Below, piece by piece: positions 27,023 to 36,982 of a stretch of DNA of 43,953 nt (position 1 is the stretch's first letter; every line of letters starts with the position of its first letter). The position numbers and the translations under genes are program-made. The notes below the pieces were generated by a model. It did no database searches. It was not told the origin of the DNA and was given only the letters and a program-made list of their open reading frames with translations. Source of the DNA: an uncultured Deferribacteres bacterium (GTDB lineage: Bacteria; Zhuqueibacterota; Zhuqueibacteria; Zhuqueibacterales; Geothermadaptataceae); the NCBI GenBank assembly GCA_964014485.1, contig CAXHAT010000046.1, forward strand, positions 1 through 43,953, written 5' to 3'.

Positions 27023-27086
27023 TCCCGATTGCTTCAGGGCAGGAACGAGCCAAAGACTCAAAGCTTTTTGATCGTTTGTTCGACGA

Positions 27087-28022
27087 TCAAAAAGCATTTT
27101 TGATTGCGAGGCGGACGAAACCGTTTTTCTCTTTGAGCAAATCATTGGCGCGCTGACGAGGGACGTCCGCGAGAATCATCACGAGCGCGGTTTTGACATG
27201 GCCGCCCGCGAGTTTCAGAACGCGCTCCGCTTCAGCGTAATCAACGCCCGTCACAAGCATGACGGTTCTTTTCGAACGTTCGACCAGCTTTTGCGAAGTC
27301 ATTTGCAGATCGACCATCATATTTTCATAAACTTTGCCGAGCTTAACCATACTTGCGGTTGTGAGCATATTCAGAACCATTTTTGTCGCCGTTCCGGCTT
27401 TCATTCGCGTTGAACCCATAATCACTTCCGGACCAACGACGGGACAAATCGCAACATCAACATCGGCTTGCAATTCACTGCGCGGCGTGCAAGTAACAAA
27501 CAGCGTTTTCGCGCCGACGGATTTTGCGTATTCGAGCGCACCTAAAACATACGGCGTCCTGCGGCTTGCCGCAATGCCGCACAAAACATCCTTTGAAGAA
27601 AGTTCTCTTTTTTCCAATTCCGCAATTCCACCGCCACGGACATCTTCAACGCCTTCCTGCGCTCGCGTGAGCGCCTTCTCGCCGCCAGCGATTATACCTT
27701 GCACCATTTCGGAATTCACACCAAAAGTCGGCGGGCACTCTGATGCGTCGAGCACACCGAGCCGCCCGCTTGTCCCCGCGCCCAAATAAAACAAGCGCCC
27801 GCCGGAACGGAACGTTTCAACGATGACGTCAACAGCCAGTGCGACAAACGGCAATTCCGCTTTCACCGCCATTGCGACCGTCGCGTCTTCCGCATTTATC
27901 TTTTCAACGATCTCCAGTGTTTCAGCGAGATCAATTTCGGAAGTATTCGAATTCCGGGATTCGGTCACAAGTGCGGCGATTTCATCAAAGATTTTTTTAT
28001 TTGCTTCACTCACTCCCATCAC
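27087..28022 (-). CDS. murQ: N-acetylmuramic acid 6-phosphate etherase
   Basis: GAGTSGRLGVLDASECPPTFG, GPEVIMGSTRMKAGTATK. Confidence 0.97.
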   Translation of the reverse strand: MMGVSEANKKIFDEIAALVTESRNSNTSEIDLAETLEIVEKINAEDATVAMAVKAELPFVALAVDVIVETFRSGGRLFYLGAGTSGRLGVLDASECPPTFGVNSEMVQGIIAGGEKALTRAQEGVEDVRGGGIAELEKRELSSKDVLCGIAASRRTPYVLGALEYAKSVGAKTLFVTCTPRSELQADVDVAICPVVGPEVIMGSTRMKAGTATKMVLNMLTTASMVKLGKVYENMMVDLQMTSQKLVERSKRTVMLVTGVDYAEAERVLKLAGGHVKTALVMILADVPRQRANDLLKEKNGFVRLAIKNAF

Positions 28023-28684
28023 TCCGCTTTTTTCTGAACAACAACGAGCTTTTTATCCGCGCTTTGGGAAGACACGGCTTCGGGATATTTTACGATTTCA
28101 AAACCAAACCCAGGCCACGATCTTTGCGCATCATCCAACTCTTCCTTCAAATCTCCGCCTTTCATCGCAAGCAGCGCAAACTCATCCTGGACGCTTGCAA
28201 CGGACCACTCTATTAATTCAGACAAAGAAGCCACGGCGCGCGCAACGACTACACAGCCTGGATCGACGAATTCAAAGTGCTCCATACGTCCATGCAAAAC
28301 CGTAACGTTTTTTAAACTGAGAACGCGAACGATATGCTTCAGAAAAAGCACGCGCTTACGCATGGGTTCAACCAGAGAAAAGCTTTTTTGAGGGAAAACG
28401 ATCGACAGGGGAATTCCAGGCAATCCCGCACCCGACCCTAAATCAACAATTGACTGAACTTCTTTGAAATCGAAAACAAAAGGCGCCCCCAGGGATTCTA
28501 CAATGTGCCGATCCACCAAAACGCTTATATCTCGATTCGAAACGAGTTGCGTACGAACACTCCACTTTTTGATTGCGTCCGCAAATCCAAGCAAGCGCTC
28601 ATATGCAACTTCCGGGACGCCATCGTATTTCTCACGCAAAGCACTGAGAACGATTTCCAGCCTATTCCGCGATTGCCGTTTCAC
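28019..28684 (-). CDS. rsmG: 16S rRNA m7G527 methyltransferase
   Basis: [28 protein letters not shown]; follows mnmG. Confidence 0.95.
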   Translation of the reverse strand: MKRQSRNRLEIVLSALREKYDGVPEVAYERLLGFADAIKKWSVRTQLVSNRDISVLVDRHIVESLGAPFVFDFKEVQSIVDLGSGAGLPGIPLSIVFPQKSFSLVEPMRKRVLFLKHIVRVLSLKNVTVLHGRMEHFEFVDPGCVVVARAVASLSELIEWSVASVQDEFALLAMKGGDLKEELDDAQRSWPGFGFEIVKYPEAVSSQSADKKLVVVQKKAE

Positions 28685-30584
28685 GTGAAACGCTCTTCCC
28701 GCTTTTTGAAAGATAAATCATCAGCGCCGTCATATCCGCAGGCGATACGCCGGAAACCCGACTTGCTTGCCCCAACGTTCTCGGACGCACGGACGACAGC
28801 TTCTCCCGGGACTCGGCAGACAAAGTTCCAATGACTTGATAATCGACCCAATCCGGCAAAGTGCGATCTTCGAGTTTTTTCATACGCGCAACCAAATCGG
28901 ATTCGCGTTGCAAAAACCCCTGATACTTGACTTCTATTTCGACTTGCCTGGTCGCTTCCTGGATAATCTTTGCGTTGCCGTTTGTAAATTCAAACCGCTT
29001 GGGAAGGGAGTTCAACAAACTACTAAGATTAACTTCTGGTCGTTTCGCCACGCTTTCTATTCGAACTTTGTTCCGTATCGGCGTACTGCCAAAGGATTCC
29101 AAATGAGAATTAACGTCATCCGGTTCGATTGATTCCGTGCGCAAGAACTCTAAAAGAGATGCTATAATTTTTCGTTTATTTTGCAAGCCGCCATATCCAG
29201 CGTCATCAATCAATCCGAAGTCATACCCAAAGTCCATCAACCGCAAATCTGCGTTGTCCTGCCGCAGCAAAAGACGATGCTCGGCGCGCGAAGTAAACAT
29301 TCGGTAAGGCTCAATCGTGCCTTTCGTCACGAGGTCATCAATCAAAACGCCGATATAGCCCTGGCTTCGATCCAGGACAAAAGGCTCTTCGTTTTTCAAA
29401 TAGAGCGCCGCGTTGATCCCAGCCATCAGTCCTTGAACGGCGGCTTCTTCATATCCGGTCGTGCCGTTAATTTGTCCTGCGAAAAACAGCCCTGAAACCA
29501 GTTTTGTTTCCAGACTAGGCTTGAGTTGCGTCGGAGGAAAATAATCATATTCGACCGCGTATCCGGGACGGGTGATTTTGACGTTTTCTAATCCAGGAAT
29601 TGTACGGATCGCCTTTTCTTGCGTTTCCTCAGGAAGGCTTGTCGAAAAGCCGTTCACGTAAATTTCCGTCGTGTCGCGGCCTTCGGGTTCCAGAAAAAGT
29701 TGATGGCGTTCTTTATCAGCGAAGCGCACTATCTTGTCTTCGACCGAAGGGCAATAGCGCGGACCGACGCTCTGAATTCGCCCGGCGTACATCGGCGATT
29801 GGTCGAGCGAACCGCGAATAATATCGTGCGTGCCGGAATTTGTGTATGTGATGTAACAGGGCAATTGCTCCACATCCAGGCCGTCCGTTCGGAAAGAAAA
29901 AGGCACAGGTTTTTCATCCCCTGGCTGTACATCGGTAGATTCCCAGTCAATTGTCTTGCCGTCCAAGCGCGGCGGCGTGCCGGTTTTGAGACGGCCGGAC
30001 TCAAAGCCTAATTTCATCAAACATTCCGTCATCCCTTCCGCCGCAAATTCACCCGCGCGGCCAGAGCGAATTTGTTTCAAACCGATATGAATGACGCCGT
30101 TTAAAAAAGTGCCCGCTGTGAGAATGACCGCCTTGGCGGGATAGAATTTTTCGAATTGCCCGACCACGCCTTTGACAGCGCCATTTTCGACGGCAATCGA
30201 AACGCCCATATCCTGGCGCAGCTCAAGATTTTCCTGTTGTTCGCAAGCCGTTCTGACTCGACGTGCATAATCGGCGCGATCCGCCTGTGCGCGGGGCGAC
30301 CAGACAGCCGGGCCTTTTGATGTGTTCAGCATTTTGAACTGGATGCCGGCGTAGTCCGTCACAAGACCCATTTCTCCACCAAGGGCGTCAAGTTCACGAA
30401 CAAGTTGCCCCTTACCCAAGCCGCCAATAGCCGGATTGCAGGACATTTGCCCAATTGTGAATATATTCATCGTCATCAGCATAGTCCGGGCGCCCATTCT
30501 CGCCGCCGCTAATGCGGCTTCGCTGCCGGAATGCCCGCCGCCAACAACAATGACATCGTATTCTTCAACCATAGCTTTTACCAA
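28662..30584 (-). CDS. mnmG: tRNA U34 carboxymethylaminomethyl modification enzyme
   Basis: [47 protein letters not shown]; true start may be ATG 30572. Confidence 0.98.
   Translation of the reverse strand: MVKAMVEEYDVIVVGGGHSGSEAALAAARMGARTMLMTMNIFTIGQMSCNPAIGGLGKGQLVRELDALGGEMGLVTDYAGIQFKMLNTSKGPAVWSPRAQADRADYARRVRTACEQQENLELRQDMGVSIAVENGAVKGVVGQFEKFYPAKAVILTAGTFLNGVIHIGLKQIRSGRAGEFAAEGMTECLMKLGFESGRLKTGTPPRLDGKTIDWESTDVQPGDEKPVPFSFRTDGLDVEQLPCYITYTNSGTHDIIRGSLDQSPMYAGRIQSVGPRYCPSVEDKIVRFADKERHQLFLEPEGRDTTEIYVNGFSTSLPEETQEKAIRTIPGLENVKITRPGYAVEYDYFPPTQLKPSLETKLVSGLFFAGQINGTTGYEEAAVQGLMAGINAALYLKNEEPFVLDRSQGYIGVLIDDLVTKGTIEPYRMFTSRAEHRLLLRQDNADLRLMDFGYDFGLIDDAGYGGLQNKRKIIASLLEFLRTESIEPDDVNSHLESFGSTPIRNKVRIESVAKRPEVNLSSLLNSLPKRFEFTNGNAKIIQEATRQVEIEVKYQGFLQRESDLVARMKKLEDRTLPDWVDYQVIGTLSAESREKLSSVRPRTLGQASRVSGVSPADMTALMIYLSKSGKSVSRETAIAE
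28677..28692. promoter_or_regulatory. parS site inside the mnmG/rsmG overlap
   Basis: Perfect palindrome CGTTTCACGTGAAACG. Confidence 0.88.
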
Positions 30585-30662
30585 AGATTGTAAGGAGTTC
30601 GCGCTTCAGCATATTTAAGTCAGCGACAAATACAACCTGAAATGTGAACTCCTCACGTTATG

Positions 30663-30678
30663 CGTTTCACGTGAAACT
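30663..30678. promoter_or_regulatory. parS site at the mnmE stop codon
   Basis: CGTTTCACGTGAAACT. Confidence 0.85.
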
Positions 30679-32089
30679 ACTTACCAATACAAAATTTGGA
30701 AAATATGTTACCCAAAATATCTTCCGTTGAGATTTCTCCGATCAACTCACCTAAATACTCCAGGGCAATCCTCAGCTCTGACGAAATAAACTCCGGAGAA
30801 AAATTCTGAACAAGGCGATCCATCGCGAGCGTAACAGCTTCTAACGATTTCTGGGCAGCTTGCCGCTGTCTCAGGTTGATCAAGGCCGGTTCTTGAGCAG
30901 AGAAATCTCCCGCAAAATCCTTTGCAAATTCGCTCAATCGTTTTTCCACAGAATCGACGCCAGAGCCAGTCACACAAGAAATCGTGAACGTCTCCGGCTT
31001 CTCAAAAAAGTTATCCAGATCAGCCTGATCTAAAACCGATGGTTGATCAGATTTATTTCGAATCAACAGCATGAGTTTGTCCGCGGATGCGATTGTTTTC
31101 TCTGAAATAACCTGCTTTATCCCCAAATCATCTCTATCAATTCCACGACTTTGGTCAACGAGGAACAAAACGATATTCGCGCTTTTTATGGCTTCGCGGC
31201 TTCTCCGAATTCCCTCAAGCTCAACAATATCTTCCGCATCGCGAATCCCGGCGGTATCCGTAAATACAAATTTATATCCGCCAATATCGATGGACTCTTC
31301 CAAAACGTCGCGCGTCGTCCCGGGAATGTCGGTGACAATAGCACGATCCCGCTTCAGTAACAAGTTGAGAAAACTGGACTTACCAACGTTTGGCTTTCCG
31401 ACTATGGCGACTCGGACGCCTTCCCGAAGAATGTGCGCACGATCATAAGATTTCAGCAATTTCACCAGCATTTCTTTGAACACCGCCAGCCGTTGCTGCA
31501 ATTCATCGCGGCTTGCAAATTCAACGTCTTCCTCGGAAAAATCCAACTCCAGTTCGAGCAACCCGAGCAGATCAAGCAATTGAGATCGTAACTCTTTGAC
31601 TTCACGCGAAAACTGCCCTGAATATTGCTGTTGCGCCAGCACAAATTCAGATCGCGATGTTGCTGAAATAATCGCATCTATCGACTCTGATTGCGCCAGA
31701 TCAAGCTTGTTGTTCAAAAAAGCTCGGCGGGTAAATTCACCCGGTTCCGCCAGTCGCGCCCCGGATCTAATCAAAGTTTCGATAATTAGACTCGGGACAA
31801 TCCTTCCTCCGTGGCTAAAAATTTCGACAAGATCTTCGCCTGTGTATGAAGCCGGCCCAACATAAGGAACGATCACGCATTGATCCAAAATCTCTCGATC
31901 ATCTTTCGATGCGTCATCATACAAATTGACAACTTTTGCCGACCGATGCGAAAGCTGATCAACATCTTTCTGAGCCAGTGTCTTCGAGATAATTTCAAAA
32001 GCACGACTTCCGTTTAAGCGAATGACGGCAATCGCCCCGCGCCCCGGAGCCGAAGCCAGCGCTACAATTGTATCGTTTTCCGAGAGCAT
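30677..32089 (-). CDS. mnmE: tRNA modification GTPase
   Basis: DTIVALAS, GKPNVGKSS, PGTTRD, DTAG, NKSD, terminal FCIGK. Confidence 0.98.
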   Translation of the reverse strand: MLSENDTIVALASAPGRGAIAVIRLNGSRAFEIISKTLAQKDVDQLSHRSAKVVNLYDDASKDDREILDQCVIVPYVGPASYTGEDLVEIFSHGGRIVPSLIIETLIRSGARLAEPGEFTRRAFLNNKLDLAQSESIDAIISATSRSEFVLAQQQYSGQFSREVKELRSQLLDLLGLLELELDFSEEDVEFASRDELQQRLAVFKEMLVKLLKSYDRAHILREGVRVAIVGKPNVGKSSFLNLLLKRDRAIVTDIPGTTRDVLEESIDIGGYKFVFTDTAGIRDAEDIVELEGIRRSREAIKSANIVLFLVDQSRGIDRDDLGIKQVISEKTIASADKLMLLIRNKSDQPSVLDQADLDNFFEKPETFTISCVTGSGVDSVEKRLSEFAKDFAGDFSAQEPALINLRQRQAAQKSLEAVTLAMDRLVQNFSPEFISSELRIALEYLGELIGEISTEDILGNIFSKFCIGK

Positions 32090-32097
32090 TTTAAATG

Positions 32098-32125
32098 AAA
32101 AAGCCCTGATGGAACAGGGCTTTTT
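32098..32125. terminator. Intrinsic terminator after yidC (potentially bidirectional)
   Basis: AAAAAGCCCTG-ATGGAA-CAGGGCTTTTT. Confidence 0.75.
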
Positions 32126-32143
32126 GAAAAAATGAATTTTGCG

Positions 32144-34012
32144 TTATTTTCTGTTCTTACGTATTTGCCGCATCATTTCAATGCGCGACATTTTTTTCCC
32201 TGGCGCTACTCGCGGTCTCTTTGATTTCTTCTTTTTAGATTTGTCCGGCGCGTCTTGCGTGATGAATTTTTGCTGAATGATTGTCAGCAGATTGAAAAGC
32301 GTATAATAAAGCGTCAGGCCGGACGGGAACGTATTAAAAAGCAGGGTAAAAAATCCGGTCATAAAATAGCCCATCATCTTCTGGCGAGGGTCGGAAGACA
32401 TGGTTTGGAGCTGCTGAATAAGCATCGTCACGCCCATGATGATGGGCAAAACATTCACGCCGCTGCCATAAATCGGGATACTAAAACCTAAGTCAAAAAC
32501 CGTGTCCGGCTTGGACAAATCCGTGATCCACCAAATAAAAGAAGCCCCGCGCAATTCGATAGTCGTGCGAAAGACTTCAAACAAAGCGATCAACAATGGC
32601 ATCTGCAAAAGCATGGGCAAACAACCGCCCATGGGGTTGGCGCCATGCTCTCTATAAAGCTGCATCATTGCTGTCTGCATTTTTTGCGGATCGTCTTTGT
32701 GCTTTTCGCGAAGAGCGGTCATCTCGGGCTGCAATTTTTGCATGGCCTTCATCGATTGATAGCTCTTCTTTGTCAGCGGGTAAAGCAACAGTTTGACCAA
32801 GACAGAAAAAATCAGAATGACCAAGCCATAGTTTGGTATAAAATTATGTAATTGCACCAAGCTCCAAAGAACAACCCTTCCTAAAGGAGCGACTAACCAC
32901 GTAACATATGCCGGACTCAGCCTTACCATATCCTCGAGGCCGCGTTCATAGGATTCTAAGGTCGAATATTTCAGAGGCCCAAGATAAATAATAAATGTGT
33001 CTGACTGTGATTTACTGCTATAAGGCATTCCTAACGCGATATGGTATTTCTTAAGAAGAACTTCTTCACCCGTCGCCCTGGTCGTTGACGCTGAAAGCTC
33101 AACGCCGCTGCCGGAACGTTCGAGCGGGATGACTGCGGCTGTAAAATATTTTGTTTTAACGGCGCTCCAGTTGATATTCCAACCGCTGTACTCATCATTT
33201 ACTTCAAAAGCATTATCTTCAACATCATAACTTTCGAGCTCATCTCCAGTTTTTACATAGGCTTGCGCGTACGACATATCATCTGATACATTGGATTCCG
33301 ACGGCATTAAGCCGCCGTCCCAATTAACAACATAGGAGACGCCGTCAATAATATCATCAAGGTTTTGTAAGTTTACGATCATATCAAAACTGTATTGGTC
33401 ATGATAAAACCGCAATACTTGTTCTACAACTTTCCCCTCGCCCAAAGATAGATAGAATTTAATTTCCTGAGTTCTGTTATTATCGTTCAAAACGACGGCG
33501 TCATCTTGAATATCAACACCAAAAATAGATTCATTCAATTTTAGAGTGTCCGCTCCGACGGGAAGGCCAAGAAATAAATTCCCCTTGTCCTGATAGATCA
33601 ACTGCACAGCCTGACTATCAGGCCCCAAGTACTCTTTCAATAACCAAGATTGAATGCTCGGCCCTTTCGATGAAATTCTCGCCTCAAAAAGAGGCGTATC
33701 CAAGGTAATCACTCTCTCTTCTTGCGGCGTTTCTTGTAATTGAAACTCTTGAAAAACACTCTCTTTGACTCTTTGTTCCGGCGTCAACTCGGGCTGTCTC
33801 AGCTCCGCGACACTCCGACGTTGACCAGTCGAATCCAATCGGCCCGTCTGTCCCTGCCGGCCTTGCAATGGAGTTTCACTCGAACCGGTCGTTTCTTCTT
33901 GAACTTCCGGCGTAGGTCCGTAAACCAATTCTTTATAAGCCGGAGACATAAAGAAAAGCATCGCCAAGCCTAACAAAAGTAGACCGATGACTGTATGTTT
34001 ATCAAAATCCAT
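32144..34012 (-). CDS. yidC: Membrane protein insertase
   Basis: YLGPL, NYGLVIL, NPMGGCLPMLLQMP, WITDLS.PD, PSGLTLYY. Confidence 0.97.
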   Translation of the reverse strand: MDFDKHTVIGLLLLGLAMLFFMSPAYKELVYGPTPEVQEETTGSSETPLQGRQGQTGRLDSTGQRRSVAELRQPELTPEQRVKESVFQEFQLQETPQEERVITLDTPLFEARISSKGPSIQSWLLKEYLGPDSQAVQLIYQDKGNLFLGLPVGADTLKLNESIFGVDIQDDAVVLNDNNRTQEIKFYLSLGEGKVVEQVLRFYHDQYSFDMIVNLQNLDDIIDGVSYVVNWDGGLMPSESNVSDDMSYAQAYVKTGDELESYDVEDNAFEVNDEYSGWNINWSAVKTKYFTAAVIPLERSGSGVELSASTTRATGEEVLLKKYHIALGMPYSSKSQSDTFIIYLGPLKYSTLESYERGLEDMVRLSPAYVTWLVAPLGRVVLWSLVQLHNFIPNYGLVILIFSVLVKLLLYPLTKKSYQSMKAMQKLQPEMTALREKHKDDPQKMQTAMMQLYREHGANPMGGCLPMLLQMPLLIALFEVFRTTIELRGASFIWWITDLSKPDTVFDLGFSIPIYGSGVNVLPIIMGVTMLIQQLQTMSSDPRQKMMGYFMTGFFTLLFNTFPSGLTLYYTLFNLLTIIQQKFITQDAPDKSKKKKSKRPRVAPGKKMSRIEMMRQIRKNRK

Positions 34013-34029
34013 AAAATGTAAACTATCAC

Positions 34030-34239
34030 TTAAGGTATGGGGTCACACCCGCCGGGGTGGTACGGGTGGCATTTAAAAATCCGAAATAACGCAAGCTTTG
34101 CGCCCTTCAGAACGCCGTATTTTTCGATCGCCTGATATGCATAAGATGAACAGGTCGGATAGAAGCGACAGGAAGGCGGAAATAAAGGCGATACGAATTT
34201 CTGGTATGCTTGAATAATATGTAAAATCAAAACTTTCAT
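34030..34239 (-). CDS. yidD: Membrane protein insertion efficiency factor
   Basis: [10 protein letters not shown]...[10 protein letters not shown]. Confidence 0.96.
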   Translation of the reverse strand: MKVLILHIIQAYQKFVSPLFPPSCRFYPTCSSYAYQAIEKYGVLKGAKLALFRIFKCHPYHPGGCDPIP

Positions 34240-34574
34240 TCAGAGCCGATCTCAGACATTATAGCAAAAAAGTCATCGGTTAACTCCGTAAATGGCGCCT
34301 TTAAGGCCGAACGCCGAGCGACAAAGCCAAAATAGTATTGCTTTGCTGAAAACTCATCTTGGTGAAGGCGATAGATTTCTCTCAGCCTTCTCTTGATACG
34401 ATTACGCTCCGGCTTGAGCTTGACTTTTTTACTAACCGCAAACAGAACCTTGGCTTCGGAGCTTTTCAAGTAGAAGACGTTAATAAATTTTCCCCGTCGT
34501 ACTTTCCCCTGCTCAAACAAACTCTTAATCCTAAGCTTGCTGCGAAGCTGAGCTGTTTTTCGGTTAAGTTTCAA
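34236..34574 (-). CDS. rnpA: Ribonuclease P protein component
   Basis: AVSKKV...[10 protein letters not shown]; lies between rpmH and yidD. Confidence 0.93.
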   Translation of the reverse strand: MKLNRKTAQLRSKLRIKSLFEQGKVRRGKFINVFYLKSSEAKVLFAVSKKVKLKPERNRIKRRLREIYRLHQDEFSAKQYYFGFVARRSALKAPFTELTDDFFAIMSEIGSE

Positions 34575-34584
34575 AGGCTTAATT

Positions 34585-34734
34585 TTAACGACCTGGATCG
34601 CTGACCGTTAGTCGCTTTCTTCCCTTTGCTCTACGTCTTTTTAAAATAAGTCTTCCGGCCTTACTGGCCATTCTCGCACGAAAACCATGTTTATTACGTC
34701 GTTTTCTGTTGGAAGGTTGAAATGTTCTTTTCAT
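34585..34734 (-). CDS. rpmH: 50S ribosomal protein L34
   Basis: [25 protein letters not shown] at 34734. Confidence 0.97.
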   Translation of the reverse strand: MKRTFQPSNRKRRNKHGFRARMASKAGRLILKRRRAKGRKRLTVSDPGR

Positions 34735-34779
34735 GCCAAAATACACCTGACTTAAAATGAGTAAAAAATGCAAGCGTGA

Positions 34780-34808
34780 ACTATAAATATTATCAGACCA
34801 AAAGTCAA
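34780..34808 (-). promoter_or_regulatory. sigma70-type promoter of the rpmH operon
   Basis: TTGACT-17 nt-TATAGT. Confidence 0.65.
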
Positions 34809-34929
34809 GTTTCTATTCGCTCAATTGAGCAAAGCATTTTCGCTTCAATTTTTTATCGAAAACGTCTTCGCCAGCCAAGAGTTTTTGTCATATTCGATTC
34901 AAAATTTAAATCTACAGACAAATCATAAG

Positions 34930-35266
34930 CGTGTATAAAAATGTTGTAAAATTCACGCCAAAATTCTCTTGACATTGGGGGGGTAAATGATAACTTGCCC
35001 CGGTTTTCTTCAGAGCGCCCTGCCTTGACAAAATGTGGATAACTTCAATTTTGACGCCCACATTCGAAAGCGATTTAATAAGCGCTTAGAGAGCATCTGT
35101 TTAACTTGCCACGCTCAAGCATAGCTTAATCGCTTCTACCGTCTATTCGCCTGAAAAACCAGAATCGCTCAACATAATGTGGACAACTTCTTAATAACAC
35201 AACAACTCCACTACTGTCAGATTTCATAAAGAAGCTGAGTCGTTTTATTGCGGAGAGTGTGAATAA
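34930..35266. promoter_or_regulatory. DnaA boxes and candidate promoter upstream of dnaA
   Basis: TGTGGATAA 35034-35042, TGTGGACAA 35178-35186, TGTGAATAA 35258-35266, CGTGTATAA 34930-34938; TTGACA(34969)-16 nt-TAACTT. Confidence 0.75.
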
Positions 35267-35291
35267 GTGAGAGTTTGAAAAGGGAATTCCT

Positions 35292-36647
35292 ATGCAAAAT
35301 GCAGCTCAAAAAGTCTGGACAAACTGCTTGGATCTCATTCAAGACAACATCAACGATCAGAGCTTTTCAACATGGTTCAAACCGACCAAGGCTCTGGATA
35401 TTGTGTCTCAGACGCTTACAATTCAGCTTCCGAGTCAATTCTATTATGAGTGGCTCGAAGATCATTACAGCGAGCTCATCAATCACGCAGTAAAACAAGT
35501 TTTGGGTGAAAATGGAAAACTCCATTATTCGATTTCCGTCGATTCAACAAACGACGCCGTAAACCTCCCGTCCATGAATCGACGACGCGCCCCGGTCAAC
35601 AATTCTCAACCTCCTTCTTCTGCATTAAATAGCCGTTACACTTTTGAAAATTTTGTTGAAGGCACAAACAATCAATTCGCGAAAGCCGCTGCTCTCGCCG
35701 TCGCCGAGGCTCCTGGCAAAACGTCTTTTAACCCACTCGTTGTTTACGGCGGCGTTGGGTTAGGCAAAACGCATTTGATTCAATCGATTGGAAATTTCTC
35801 GCTGCAAGAAGGGACGGTTAAACGTGTCATGTACGTCTCAAGTGAGAAATTCACCATTGAGTTTATCAATTCAATACAAAAAAACAAGACGACTGAATTC
35901 AGTAAAATCTACCGCAATGTAGATTTACTGCTGGTTGACGACATTCAGTTTTTTATCAACAAAGAAAGAACGCAAGAAGAGTTTTTTCATACGTTTAACG
36001 CTCTTCATCAAAACGGCAAGCAGATCGTCCTTTCCTCAGATCGCCCTCCAAAAGAAATAACAGGCATAGAAGAAAGGTTGCTCTCCAGGTTCCAGTGGGG
36101 CCTTGTTGCTGATATTCAACCCCCCGATCTCGAGACTCGCATCGCCATTCTACAAAAGAAAGCGGAAGAAAACGGCATCATGCTTCCCCAGGACGTGGTC
36201 CAACTCGTTGCATTCAATGTGACCTCCAACATAAGAGAACTCGAAGGCTGCCTCATTAGATTATTAGCGCACTCATCATTAAAAGGAATGGATGTTACCT
36301 TAGACGTCGCCAAAGAAATTCTTAGAGACGTCATTACCCAAAAGCAAAAAAACATTACGGTCGAAGACATTCAGCGGATTGTAAGCACATACTATCACGT
36401 TCCGGAAGATCTGCTCCGCGCCAAGACCAGAAAAAAGGAAGTCGCGTTGGCCCGTCAGGTTGCCATGTTTATGGCCAAAAACCATACAAAACACTCGCTG
36501 AAAACAATCGGGCTGCATTTTGGCGGGCGAGATCACAGTACGGTCATTCATGCAATAAGCGTCATTGAAACCTACGCTAAAGAAGACAAACAAATCTCGG
36601 ATGACCTGCACAATATCACAAAACAGATAGAGCTTTCATCCCTGTAA
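35292..36647 (+). CDS. dnaA: Chromosomal replication initiator
   Basis: YTFENFV, GGVGLGKTHL, LLVDDIQF, NIRELEG, GGRDHSTVIHA. Confidence 0.99.
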   Translation: MQNAAQKVWTNCLDLIQDNINDQSFSTWFKPTKALDIVSQTLTIQLPSQFYYEWLEDHYSELINHAVKQVLGENGKLHYSISVDSTNDAVNLPSMNRRRAPVNNSQPPSSALNSRYTFENFVEGTNNQFAKAAALAVAEAPGKTSFNPLVVYGGVGLGKTHLIQSIGNFSLQEGTVKRVMYVSSEKFTIEFINSIQKNKTTEFSKIYRNVDLLLVDDIQFFINKERTQEEFFHTFNALHQNGKQIVLSSDRPPKEITGIEERLLSRFQWGLVADIQPPDLETRIAILQKKAEENGIMLPQDVVQLVAFNVTSNIRELEGCLIRLLAHSSLKGMDVTLDVAKEILRDVITQKQKNITVEDIQRIVSTYYHVPEDLLRAKTRKKEVALARQVAMFMAKNHTKHSLKTIGLHFGGRDHSTVIHAISVIETYAKEDKQISDDLHNITKQIELSSL

Positions 36648-36660
36648 AATGAATGAAAAG

Positions 36661-36955
36661 TTTTCCACATCGGATATGTGAATTGGTTGTGAGTCGCTGT
36701 GAATAAAGTGTGGATTTACATAAATTGCTTCAGGTTATCCACATGTTCATCCAAACGACTAACAATCGTTACACAAATGAGAGTCAATACAAAAAGTTAT
36801 CCAGACGGCTGTTTATAACATCGGCCATTTACTCACATCGATTGAAACACAGAAAAACAGCACTTTATGATAAAGAATGCGTCGGTTTTCAACATATCCA
36901 CACCCCTTACTACTACTAATTTTATTGAATAAAAGTATTCTAATACTTATACTAA
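36661..36955. other. Replication origin oriC: DnaA-box cluster plus unwinding element
   Basis: TTTTCCACA 36661, TGTGAATAA 36698, TTATCCACA 36735, TTATCCAGA 36797; tandem TTTTCAACA/ATATCCACA 36886-36902, CCCC, trios TTA-CTA-CTA-CTA 36907-36918, AT-rich tract. Confidence 0.88.
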
Positions 36956-36982
36956 GCGTTTTTCCATCGCATGGAGGATTAA

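Noticed and set aside
26374..27156. ORFs spanning the mfd-murQ intergenic region
   Set aside because: They run through a palindromic repeat and a parS site and overlap real genes.
31599..31614. Fourth parS-like sequence inside mnmE (ACTTCACGCGAAAACT)
   Set aside because: Several mismatches, including in the palindrome core.
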